Positions 23,151-34,891 of a stretch of 34,891 nt of DNA are shown piece after piece. The position numbers were made by a program, and so were the translations under genes. The notes below the pieces were generated by a model. It was not told where the DNA came from. It was given only the letters and a program-made list of their open reading frames with translations, and did not search any database. The number at the start of each line of letters is the position of its first letter. Positions within the stretch are counted from its first letter, which is position 1. This DNA is from Octopus bimaculoides (Eukaryota), in NCBI RefSeq assembly GCF_001194135.2, contig NC_068986.1, positions 79,135,592 through 79,170,482 of the forward strand, given 5' to 3'.

Positions 23151-23539
23151 ACACACACACACAAAGATATAAATACATACATACATTATATATATATATA
23201 TATATATATGCATATATGTATATATATATATATNNNNNNNNNNNNNNNNNNNNNNNNNNNNNNNNNNNNNNNNNNNNNNNNNNNNNNNNNNNNNNNNNNN
23301 NNNNNNNNNNNNNNNNNNNNNNNNNNNNNNNNNNNNNNNNNNNNNNNNNNNNNNNNNNNNNNNNNNNNNNNNNNNNNNNNNNNNNNNNNNNNNNNNNNNN
23401 NNNNNNNNNNNNNNNNNNNNNNNNNNNNNNNNNNNNNNNNNNNNNNNNNNNNNNNNNNNNNNNNNNNNNNNNNNNNNNNNNNNNNNNNNNNNNNNNNNNN
23501 NNNNNNNNNNNNNATATATATATATATATATATATATAC

Positions 23540-23770
23540 AGGTCGTTACAAAACGTAGAGAACATGAAATACGAAGACAAATTTGGGTATGCAAACAACG
23601 AGAGAAACAAATGGAAAAGAAGACAAGTAGCATAAAAACGACCCTTCATCAGCTGTCGGCTGTCTACCTACCCCTCATTTCGAGCATTTAACAACAATAT
23701 GAGACTTCGAAAGGCAGTTGCTCCTGCAAACAAAAATAAAATTTGGTATTTGCGGAGGGTGCACCGACAT
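23540..23770 (-). mobile_element. Dispersed repeat (family P)
   Basis: Reverse complement tttttgtttgcaggagcaactgcc...gttaaatgctcgaaatg...gacagctgatgaagg aligns with 4125-4220. Confidence 0.5.
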
Positions 23771-25460
23771 ACAACTATACATATAGATAATTAATCCTAA
23801 CACATATACATACACAAATATTGTTGTAGGCATATCGATATATACACGCATAAAACAGTCGATTTTGCATTCCACAAGACAGCATGTACCCATAAATATG
23901 TATTTGAATATGCAAAAATATATGAATATACATGTGTGTATGTATGAGGGGTGCCGATACAATCTCTTTACGTAATCATTGAATTAAATATCTATTTTCA
24001 CTACTATTAACTTCAGGTCTACAATTTCCACTATATTCGCTTGTTTATTCTTTGGTTTAAAGAGAAACTTTGCATATTCCTTTTTTTTTTATTATTTGAT
24101 GTACCTTACTCTAAACTACACTAAATAATGAATACATGCAACCAAATTTACATTTCTCTAAGATCATAGATGTAGCTGTAACGTCTGGAGAAATTTATCA
24201 TCTTAACCTGCATATTTATCTAATGAACTACAAATATCCTTTTTATGTGTCTTTACAAGTCAAAGGTCGTACAATTATATTTCTTGAAATCCCCATTTTC
24301 AAAGGCAGCCGTAATATTATACGTAAATATATACTTAAAAAATCCTAACGTAATTTGAAAAACGTACGCATCTTTTGTTGATATATACCTTAAGATCAAA
24401 AGGCCATTTCCTACGATATGTGCGTATGTATGTGTATTAGTACATATGTGTGTTGTGCATGCGACTGTGCATGTGAGTATCAGTGTAATAAACTTTAGAT
24501 ATTGAATATCGCATTCAATCTGATATAACCTTGCTTAATATATCTAACTTAAACAAATCGTAATTTAAGTACTTTATATTCTTATTTACAATTCTTTCAT
24601 ATGAGATTTAAATTTAACTGTATATGATAATCAATTTTTCTTTATTGTCTATTTTACTACTTATTTATTTGACTAAATTAATTTCTTATACGATTTCATC
24701 CTATATGTTTACTTTGACATAAACATTTGCAACATATGCGACAGTTTGTTACTATAGAAACACGTTTTGTCGCCTATGGACTTTCGATGTTATTTGTAAG
24801 ATATACATTAAACATCTCCATTTATCGTAAGTATTTCTAAATTTATCTATTTATTTAGTATACATAGAATCTTAAACAAATATATCCTCACATATTTTAT
24901 AGTTGTTTATTGAATATCTTTCTAAATATGAATATACATGTATATCCGATTGGTGTTGGCTATCGTAGAAACGTGTACCTGATACCATTTGTAAGTATTA
25001 ATACTATATTGTTTTAGTTGAGCCAATCTCTTTCTAATCTGAGTTTCACCTGTGGGTAAACAGGATCTTCAGGCACTTTAAGACTTTGAGAAGTTACGTC
25101 CCTGGAGACCTTCTGCTCCCATAGGTGAAAATTACGGCAGCAAGAGACTGACTCGACCAAAATAACATATATTATTAATCTTTACTATGGTATCGAGTAC
25201 TCATTTTCACAAAAATCAATAATAAATGCGCTTTACAAGGTTCCGTTGTTTACGTTAAAACTTACCTTCTTTTTTATTTCATTTATTTTCTCATGTCTTT
25301 TCAGTGTAAATGCGTTACATTGGTTTATTGTCTTGTATGTTACATTTCAACGCGTCTGTAATGCTATTACGTATACATTTAAATGGTAAATCCGATATAT
25401 ACTCTTAAAAAGTGTCCACTTCCCATTTCCTTACACCCCTTCACCCAACTTGAATCGAGA

Positions 25461-27086
25461 ATGTCTTTTAGAAAATGTGTAGCAAACCCGAATAACTTTT
25501 GTTACAATTGTGGTGAGTTTAAGACTTAAAAATCGTAAGAAAAACATTACCGTATTTGTCAAAACAACTTACTATGCGTTTGTGGGAAATTAGAAGACCA
25601 TGATAAAAATTGGGCTCTTCATAAGGCCTGCTCAGTTTGTATTGCACAATTAAGACCCTGGAGAAAATGTACAAAGAAGTGTTTTTCGTTTTGGGTTCCA
25701 ATGATATGGAACATCACAGGGATGACTGCAACTCATGTAAGACGCAGGGAGCGGAAAAAATATTGTTTATCCAAATCTCCCATTTGCGACCTGTTGTCCA
25801 TGGACCAGACGTTTTAGTACCAACACCAACTGGAAACCTTGAAGACATACTCTTGACTTCTGGGTCAGAAAGCAGAAAGAGCAATAATGCTGAAGACTTC
25901 AATAGTAGTTAAGGTAAAGACCATCGACTATTCAACCAGTGTGAATTAAATGATCTATTGAAGGACTTATAGCTTGCAACTTAGTCTGCAGAGCTTTTGG
26001 GTTCTAGACTTAAATGCAAGAATCTTTTAGCTTAGCTTATCGAGCATCATCCTATTGGTATCGTAAGCGTAAAAAGGGATTTGTTCCTTATTTCCCCCAA
26101 GAAAATGAAATAGTTTATTATACACATCCATCAGGAATAATAGGAAAGTTTGGCTTAAGTTGCAACGCTGATGAATAGAGACTCTATTGATTCTTCAAAG
26201 AGAAGTCTTAAAGCAGCATAATGGTAATAAATGTTTCTATTCGTGTTGGACACTCAGTGATCACAAAATTAATATATGAAAATTTGATGTCAATTTTAAC
26301 CAATATTAAATTCAAAGATCCCAACTGGATGGTTTGTGGCGACTTGAAAATAATTAGTACGTTGTTTGGCTAGTAATTAAGCTTCCCAAAGTTTCCTTGT
26401 TTCTTGTGTGCATGAGACAATAGAGGCAGGAACCTCTATTGGTCTAAAATATTTTGATAAGCTACGAATACGTAACAAAGAATATCTTCCGCTAAAGTTC
26501 TGTTGTCCCGAAAAAGGGTTCTTTTGCCTCCTCTACATGTAAAACTTAGCCTCATGAAGCTATTCGTAAAAGCTTTGCCACAGGATGGAGAAGGCTTCAA
26601 GTGCAGCAAGTTTTCTGCTCTGTCAGATGCTCAAGTTGAAGAGGATGTATTTGTAGGCCCACATATAAGGAAACTCGTCAGGAATGAAAATTTTGAAAAC
26701 TCTCTTAGTGATTCTGAAAAAGATGCATGGATAAGTTTTAAAGATGTGATGAAGAATATCTTTGGTAATCACAAGTAACCAAATTGCAAAGACCTTGTGG
26801 GAAGAATGTTGGAAAAGTTTGAAGCCTTCAGATGCAAAATGAGCATTAATGTTCATTTCCTACATGCCTATTTGCATTTCTCTCTGGAAAATCTGGGGGA
26901 TGTGAGTGGGGATCAGGGGGAAAGTTTCATCAAGACATAAAGGAGATGGAATGAAGATATCAGGAAATATGGAATGTCAGTATGATGGCCGACTACTGCT
27001 GGATGTTGCATTGTGAATGTCCATCAGATGCTGACAAATGAAAGAGTTCAAAGCGCGGTTCCCAAGTAAAAAAGAACAGATTTTGA
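25461..27086 (+). pseudogene. Chapaev-type (Chapaev3-like, CMC superfamily) DDE transposase pseudogene
   Basis: Collinear motifs over ~1.6 kb with stops and frameshifts: MSFRKCVANPNNFCYNCGEF, HDKNWALHKACSVC, HHRDDCNSC, FNQCELNDLLKDL, AELLGSRLK.KNLL, IDSSKRSLKA, VCGDLKII, KFPCFLC, LLPPLHVKLSLMKLFVKAL, FVGPHIRKL, AWISFKDVMKNIFGN, MSINVHFLHAYL, LGDVSGDQGESF/HQDIKEME, MMADYCW. Transposase identity is strong; the family name is from recall of these motifs. Confidence 0.8.
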
Positions 27087-28134
27087 AGTGCTGATCCTAA
27101 AAGATGACTGGAACCCATATAAAAATATATTTTGTCACTATTCAATTGCATTTGTTTTACTTACTAAATAAATTAGAAAATTAAATGTTATTAGCTTCAT
27201 TTTGACCTGTCATACATGGATTTACTTACAAATTGTTATATATTTTATTATTAAATATTGAGAAAACCCTAGGTAATCGGAAACACTTTTTTGATATTTC
27301 GAATTAGCATCACAAAAGAATATAAAGTAACATAAAACGAATTTCTGTCTTAATAAAAACATACACTCGCGCACACACTCATGTATACTTGTAAGTATCC
27401 GTTTTAGACAGTGAACGTGATCTTGTTTTTGAGAAGGATGGTTTCCGTAGCTCTCCAGATCCTAGCAGCAGTCTAAATGAAGTGTAATTACTTACTTAAT
27501 CACTGAATTAAAACTACATCGTCAGCTATGGTTAGCCTCTCTAGTGTTCGCTCTTGAATACATTAAATGACTAAAATAAATGTAATTTATAATTAGTAGA
27601 AATGCTTTCAGGGAAATAATTGAAATATATGACTTTAAGCATAAAATGTGCTTTCATATTCCTGGCATTAATTAGTATGGGAATTTGAATGTGACGCTCT
27701 TTTGCGATTGTTCATTGGTAATACAAGAGTTAAGAAAAATAATAATCCTTTTAAATTCGTAGATATTGCAAATCATTGCTTAAATCGACAAATGACATGT
27801 ATCGAACTCATTAATCGAGTTTATTTCAAATCTCTTCTTTTATGTATTGATATTATACAGGAAAAATAATGGACGCACATACACACACATACATATATTA
27901 GAAGGAAATAGGTACCATCAATTTTTAAAACGCTGTTTCTACAAACAAAATAATGTCGTATGATGTATTTACAAACTTAATATACAGTTAATATGCCTGG
28001 TACACATAATACACTAACAAGTTTGAACGCAACAAGTAGCGTCCCGTACAGAAAAAACGTATAATGAGGGGTGTATATTTACTTTTGATGTATATATATA
28101 NNNNNNNNNNNNNNNNATATATATATATATATAT

Positions 28135-28186
<52 letters not shown>

Positions 28187-28559
28187 GATATGAAAATATC
28201 TATATTTTTAAGTGTGTATGAAGGTACACAAACACACACTCATACAAACTTCTAAATGACATAGAAACGGCACGCAAGTAACACGTCTTATGTGTGAAAT
28301 TAGTGCATCTTCACAAATAAGACGTAAGACATCAATGGAGGTTTATAAGCTGAAAACTTCACTCTAAAGGCATAGTATAGTGAATAAAGGCGTTGGATAA
28401 TACAGCGCAGTCACCTAGAGGATCTGAGTTCAATATCAGGCAAGACACCTTAGTGAACCACAAGGTACCTGAAGGCTGGAGCGTACAACACCTTAAACGT
28501 AATGAAAGTTACAATCAAGATGAGGACAGCAGTTCAACTAATGTAAAAAGTGTACAAGT

Positions 28560-29410
28560 GGTCTATTAGGTTAACCTAAGAAACCATGGCATACTGCTTT
28601 AGCATTTTAGACATCAAGCCTTGTTAAAAAGAAACGATGAAGAGAGACAGAGAGCACGAAAGACATAATAATTGGAGGAAAGAAACAGGAAATGTGGAGA
28701 GCTAAAAGCTTGAGAGAAAAGCGATTCTATGAGGTAGATTCAAGGAGAGATGTGAGGTGGTCGTGCAAGCGCCATGTTTCAGTAAGGGTTCACTTAGTGG
28801 CTAAGACGTTCGGTATTTGTTAGACTAGGAGTTTGATGGGTTGAATGTATAATAAATACATAAATTTGGGTTGGGTTAATTAGTGTAAAAAGCGTAAAAT
28901 GTGTGGTTTTGAGTGGGGCGTGCTCATATGGTAAAAATATCATAAAGGAAACCGGTGTATCTGAGAAAGTAAAGTCCAAATTGTAAGCTCCAAGATCCAA
29001 GAATGCAAAACTCCCAAACATTTAGAATGTATTGGTAGGTTGAATGTGTAAGTTTTAAATCGCTCTTGTCCCGACGTAGGAATGGTAGAAAAGAAGGAAA
29101 AGAGAATAAAGCGATAAATTGTTACTTATGATGCGCACAACGGAGGCGAGTGCGGTGAAGTACAGGTTGAATAAATTGAGGCTGGTAATGTTGGCTGGTA
29201 ATTTGTAAATAAGCAATGAGTTCCTGTTCCATTTGGAAGTGCTAAACTGTTATTGGAAGTCAAACCAAAATGAGCATATATTGGGTGCGATGGTCGGTGG
29301 AGCAGAAATATCGTGCGACAGGTGACACGTTCCCAAACCAGATATTTACGAGGTGCTTTACGAACTGTCGGAGTGTGGCAGACAGTTTGCCGTATGTGTA
29401 TTGATCCGTA
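28560..29410 (-). mobile_element. Penelope-like element remnant (GIY-YIG C-terminal part plus 3' region)
   Basis: Minus frame YGKLSATLRQFVKHLVNIWFGNVSPVARYFCSTDH...MEQELIAYL (~29400 to 29206) resembles the PLE GIY-YIG segment YIG.T.R.L..RF.EHL..I..G...PV.RHF...H...EQ.LI..L. The GIY half is not recognisable; the extent of the 3' region is approximate. Confidence 0.55.
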
Positions 29411-30614
29411 GAGAGAAAACGTGTATGTGTGTAGTTAAGGCTAAATCTGTATCCATTTTTCAAGAACAAAGAAAAAACGCATTTTGTAATCATGTATTAT
29501 AGTTGATTCAAATAACTTCACCTTTTTCTTTGTAAATTTGTGACCTCATACGAAATACTTGTAAATGAATATGTGTGTGCATGCTTGTGAGTGAGTGTGT
29601 GAGTGTGTGAGTATGTGAGTGCGTGCGTGTGTGTATGTATGCATGTACATATATATATGACCGTGTATTACTCTGATAAACAGCCATAACAAAGAAAATG
29701 ACGGAATCATGAAATTGTTTAACTTAACTTGGCTACTAATTACTTCCTTGATTCTTAAGGGAAGAATACGTATCCAACCTTCAAAGCATGTTGAAAATGG
29801 ATTGTAACTAAATACTGCGAGACATTGAATCTTCAATACATTCCCAATGTTTCTAGAATTTGTACCAATCAACTATTTTAAAAACCATAATACACTAAAT
29901 CTACAGCTTTATCGTTGACATGCTAATCCATTACAGTAATACAACCACATAATCAAACATTACACAGCTACAACTCTCTCAGCATTAATGAATTACAAAC
30001 TTACGTAGATTATTTTTACCAGTATACAAAACATAGCACATATAGTTGGAAAATGAACAATGCTACTTATCTTTTTGAATATTGATGTTACTTTACTACC
30101 TGTTACCCTGATACGTAACTGAAATACTTAACAGTTAAGCCTGAAAGGTAGTCATATTGAATATACAAAATATGTTCTGCTCATATAGAATTATTTGAAT
30201 AATAAATAATTCAGAGATATTATTCGCATGAAGAATGATAGAACCTTAAGGAAACTAAACAGAAAATAAATATACAGAGACTACCGAATAAGAACGCCAT
30301 TAGTCAATGGCAAACATTATTTTCATTTATCTGGCAAGTGTATGGGACTCCTTTGGATATATTTCTGACATATTTTGCCTTTCTCCGCGAAATAAAGCCG
30401 TCACTATTCTCATTGAAGTTGGATTGAAATAAATATTAAATATATATAGCAGATTGTATATTGCCACAGAAAATCGGACTTTATAACCATTAAATATTAC
30501 ATACGAGGAAAGAGATTAAGTAAGTCTGTGATAACGTATTTAATATAAAGAATATTTTTTAAATAACTAGAAATCAATATCTGGTGAGAAGTTAATAATT
30601 ATTATCATATATAT

Positions 30615-31822
30615 ACTCAGGCCTATTCCCCATTTTTGTGGGGAGGGCAAGCCACAGCAAGACACACATCAGGCATTCTATTCATCTCCCTGCTCAAAGA
30701 GGCGAGTTGTCCCTTTCTATGCTCTGGTCAAGGCATAGAATGCAACCTCCAATATCAACAGCGGGGCCCGACAGCGTATGCTGGTTTACCTCGTCATGCT
30801 GGCTCCGTATTCCATTGAGCAGCATCAAATTCACTCATCCGTTCACAAACACTCTCCAGGTTTTCCTATCATTTATAAACTCTCATACCTCTCTCACTCC
30901 AAAATCTCTAACCACCAAATCTTTCCTCATTCCATCCATCCACACAAACCGAGGTCTGCCTCTGGTTCTGCTGCTTACCACTTCTGCCTTCATCACCCTC
31001 CTTACCATCCGCTCCTCATCCATCCTCAACATTCGTCTATCTATTTTGGTTGTTAGTGTTTCTCTCATTCCTGCTCGCCTTCGCACCTCCTCATTCCTCA
31101 TCCTGTCCATCCGTGTCATACCGACTATAGCCCTCAGACATCTCATTTCAAACACATCTAGTCACCTCCTTTTCATCTCTGCACCATATAATATTGTCAG
31201 CACAATCGTGCATTCATACACACCTCTTTTCATTTTCATATTCAACCTTCTATCTCTCAGCATACCTTTCACAACTCCAAGTATCTTACTCCCCTACCTC
31301 ACTCTGTATCTCACCTCCTCAACCCTCACCCCCATCCACCATCACATGTGACCCCCAGATAATTAAAAGCACTCACCGTCTCTAACATCTTACCATTTAT
31401 ACTCACATCCATCCTACAAGCCAATCCATCTTTCGAATATCTCATAACCTTACTCTTAGCTACATTCACTTTCAGTTTCCTCCTCTCACACACTCTTCCA
31501 AACTCCACCACCGGTCTCCTTGTTTGCTCTTCCGAATCTGCCACCAGTATTGTATTATCAGCAACCAACAACTGACTCACCTGCCATTTCTCTCCATTTT
31601 CTCCAACCATTTGAGTTCCCCTTCCAAAGGTTCTAGCATTTACCTCTCTCACCACATCATCCATATATAAATTAAACAGCGACGGAGACAACACACAACC
31701 CTGTCTTAACTCACCTTCACATCAAACCACTCACCCTAATGCACGCCCTACTTTCTGCATAAAAACTGAACAACTCTCAACAATATACCATCTACTCCAT
31801 ACAACCGCAATACCTGTGTATG
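30615..31822 (-). mobile_element. RTE-clade LINE, 5'-truncated and decayed (RT C-terminal half plus 3' UTR)
   Basis: LRQGCVLSPSLFNLYMD, QLLVADN (degenerate FADD), GRVCERRKLKVNVAKSKVM, FNYLG, FEMRCLRAIVGMTRMDRMRNEEVRRR, RGRPRFVWMDG are hallmark RTE ORF motifs; several frameshifts. Confidence 0.92.
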
Positions 31823-31839
31823 ACTATAAACTACACCCG

Positions 31840-31970
31840 GTAGTGGACCCTGGGGCCCCTGTTTTCAGAGTTTGAGGTGTACGGAACCACCTCTTAGCCA
31901 CTATTGTTCCCAGATCTACTCTGACCCGGAGTGGTAGCACCTATAAGGGTCCCTGCTATGGATTAACTAG
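31840..31970 (+). mobile_element. Fragment of another dispersed repeat abutting the truncated RTE end
   Basis: GC-richer block ...attgttcccagatctactctgacccggagtggtagcacctataagggtccc, recalled as a common octopus interspersed repeat; no second copy in the window to confirm. Confidence 0.3.
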
Positions 31971-34011
31971 CAAACCCTGCTGCGACTGGTGGGGGATCGG
32001 TAGAATGCTGTCGCCGTATTCTCTGGGTGACGTAAGAGCCGACTAAAAGGGGCAGGAGCGAGGGGACTGGGAATCCTCTCCTCCTAGTAAATCCATATTC
32101 CTAAAAAGCAACAAGACAAAGTTAATAATTATAATATTTTAAGGTGGTCGATTACCAAACTTGTCAGAAGGTCAGAAGAAATACCTCGAGGGATTTATAC
32201 CTCTTCGAACTTCAAATCATGTCGAACACAACTTTGCCTTCCATCATATCAAAATCGATAAAATATCAGTCAAGTACTGGGGCCAATAATTCACTCAGAA
32301 TCGACCACACTATGCTGTGTAAACAACGAACAGGCGCACTCACAGTATCTCTTTTCCGCAAGTGAGCCACTTATATTTTATCATAATAAAGAGAATGGTG
32401 TCATCAAATGCCGGACAAGATTGTTGACACTAAATATCATTTCGATTTTTATGGTAAGCTTTATCGAACTATTTAGGACATGCCAAATAACCTTAGTTTA
32501 TATATGCCTAGATTTACATAACTTGCATGAGAATATTTATAATTTATATTACATCTACAAACGTGGAAATTTCAATTTCACTTGCATTATGACTTTATGC
32601 AGTTAATTAGAAAATACGAAACTGCTTTTGACATCACGTGAGATAATAATACGATCTTCGGGTTATTAACCTCATTTTCAGAAAAGAAAGCTATATATAA
32701 TACATTACGCTCCGATCAGTTCGATCGCCAATTGTCTTTGTTCTAAGCTAAACTTGAACCTTTATAAGTTAATCTGCTCGAACGATTCGACACCTCGCAT
32801 TGTTAGAAAGACTGTAATAATAAGCAAATAACTGAGATCTATATAATAAAGAAAGTATTTGATTAAGAAATGAAACTGCAAATGACTTCACTGGAGTACA
32901 TCTTTTTAACTTTGCAATTGTTATGGTTTTATTTCACATCACTACTTGTTGATATGCTTACACCGATTTGAATCAGCTACGTGTCTTCTGTTAATTTTCT
33001 GTAAGATTCCAATATTAGAAAAAAACAAATGTTTATGGTGACTCAACTTGTCTGAGACTCTGTACAATACTTAGCAAAATATTTTTCCCTCAAAGCATAA
33101 AACGCTCAATGAACGCTATCAAATATTTTTTTTATATTTACTTTCTGTAATCATGTTATCTATTACCGTATAGTAACTACAGAATGTCGTGTGACATATT
33201 TTTGTTCGGAAAATAAGTACATGTGTCGCGATGAATATCAGTTTTGACGTTTCGGAAGTCTTCGTTGCAAAAATAACTAGTGCATTGGAAAACCGATTTC
33301 TTTTTATCTAATTACTGCTAATAATATAACACTATAAATCACATACTAATGACTGTATAGACTCTCAAATACGAAATTCGATCACATTATATCAAACTAA
33401 AATGTTTGTATGTTGTGTAACATTCGTACTTGATCACAGCGATTGGGAAATGATAGCTCGCTTGAAAGCTTTTCGACTGAGCATTATTGATTTTATTCTT
33501 TTTTCTTAAATTACAGAGATATCCATCCGACACAATTCGCTGAAGAAATTCCCAATTTCTAATGTAATATACAAATTCATATGCAAACATGACAGCTGTA
33601 AACTTCATGACTCTAAATATTATATTAGATATACAAATATACTCCTAACTTTCTGGACGACTGACCATGCATCTAAAACAAAGTGCCATTGCAAAACAGA
33701 AAATAAAAAAAAACAACTACGTAGATGATATGTAGCCAATAACGTAAGCATGTTATTGAATTTTTTCCCCAGAGACTAGAAGATTGGTCATGGGAACGAC
33801 TTTAATATTAAAATACCCACCTTACGCAAAACACGACATATTAGCAAATGAACACCAGAAAACATGGTCAATTTTTGTGATTAATGAAATGTTTTTCATG
33901 CAAACATTCAAATATGCTTAAAGACAGGTCGTCAGGAATAAGAAAGTGACATCACATCGTCTCTATAATTCCTCCACTGTAATGATTTCTTACATAACCA
34001 CAAAGTGACAG

Positions 34012-34140
34012 ATTTCGGGATAAATGGTATAGTTGATTATATAGACTCAGGGTATCACTGGTATTTTATTTTATTAAAGGTGGATGGCAGAAAGATAATA
34101 TCAGACACAAATGGAATATTCAGAAAGCAAAACGCTTAGA
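34012..34140 (-). mobile_element. Decayed SINE family A
   Basis: atttcggga...gttgattatatagactcagggtatcactggtattttatttt resembles 14118-14190 in the same orientation. Confidence 0.45.
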
Positions 34141-34599
34141 CAAATACTTAAAAGCAATTTGTTGGAAACGACAACAATTCTGTCGTTCCTTAATTGAGAT
34201 GGAGGAAATTCCTACGAAGTCACTCGACCAGCAAACAATAGCAAAACTCTACCAACTTATTATGTTGTCGTAGAAGAACAGAAAGTCTCAGGAAGGTTAT
34301 ACATTGGTCATACACTTCGGTGTAGCTTTGACCTGGTGTTAAACAGCATCGCATCAACGACAACCAAGATAAACGTGACTAAAAATGTTTCAGTGTAAAG
34401 TTAAGGCTGAGAAATTCTTGTAGTACCGAAATAATTGCTCCAAATGAAACTTAAAATGGATGATATGGAAGCAGGAAAACGCTACAATTAGTGTATGGAT
34501 AGCGTTTAATATTTCATATGTTATACAAAGAAATTGTCTCCCACAAATAACCACAAGCACACACTCGCACAAGAAATATGTACATGCAGGCACGCATAC

Positions 34600-34823
34600 A
34601 TACTACATACATACATACATACATATATACATACATACATACATACGCACATAGGTACATACATACATACAAACATGCATACATACACACAGAAACACTC
34701 AAGCATACATATGCATATGCCCTACAATATATATATGTATATGTGTGTGTGTGTGTATGAATATATTTACATGTATATATGAATCTATCTGTCGATCTCT
34801 CACGTTATATATGTATATATATA

Positions 34824-34891
<68 letters not shown>
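34600..34891. repeat. (TACA)n, (TG)n, (TA)n microsatellites to window end
   Basis: Direct reading. Confidence 0.95.

Noticed and set aside
25040-25150. Exon-like frames on both strands upstream of the transposase
   Set aside because: Equally plausible on either strand, showing how easily short exon-like frames arise by chance here.
30638-31351. 237-aa plus-strand ORF, the longest gap-free ORF in the window
   Set aside because: It is the antisense shadow of the RTE LINE fragment, with Ser/Leu/Ile/Thr-biased composition and no domain.
33241-33270. Minus-strand GCAACGA-AGACUUCC-GAAACGUC
   Set aside because: The 5' core box has three substitutions and stem II barely pairs.
172-34782. Dozens of ORFs rich in YI/CV/HT/SL/ER dipeptides or X runs
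   Set aside because: They are translations of microsatellites or read through N gaps, with no protein-like content.
1-34891. CRISPR arrays, operons, rRNA or true tRNA genes
   Set aside because: None seen. The tRNA-like A/B boxes belong to SINE heads that do not fold as cloverleaves, and the sequence is eukaryotic repeat-rich DNA.

Overview
Eukaryotic, AT-rich, microsatellite-saturated draft-assembly sequence with 11 N gaps. The repeat content resembles a cephalopod (Octopus-like) genome; this is my recognition of the SINE families, not a database result. No complete protein-coding gene can be supported, and most ORFs in the track are artefacts of microsatellites, N gaps or antisense reading of transposons. 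Supported content is a set of decayed mobile elements: a CR1/L2-group LINE fragment (~10.1-10.7 kb), a maT-like Tc1/mariner transposase relic (~19.7-20.2 kb), a near full-length Chapaev-type (CMC) transposase pseudogene (25461-27086), a Penelope-like GIY-YIG remnant (~28.6-29.4 kb), an RTE LINE fragment (~30.6-31.8 kb), a 127-bp TA-flanked MITE and several SINE copies. The best lead is RNA-level: an essentially complete type I hammerhead ribozyme fold on the minus strand at 11923-11978, with a palindromic stem III of the Penelope/retrozyme type. There are also several partial hammerhead cores, a dispersed repeat holding the two hammerhead boxes in permuted order at constant spacing, and a partly HDV-like structured motif at ~32.0 kb. 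A few short exon-like frames may belong to an unidentified host gene but could be chance. I found no evidence for a new protein-based system. Most element boundaries are approximate.
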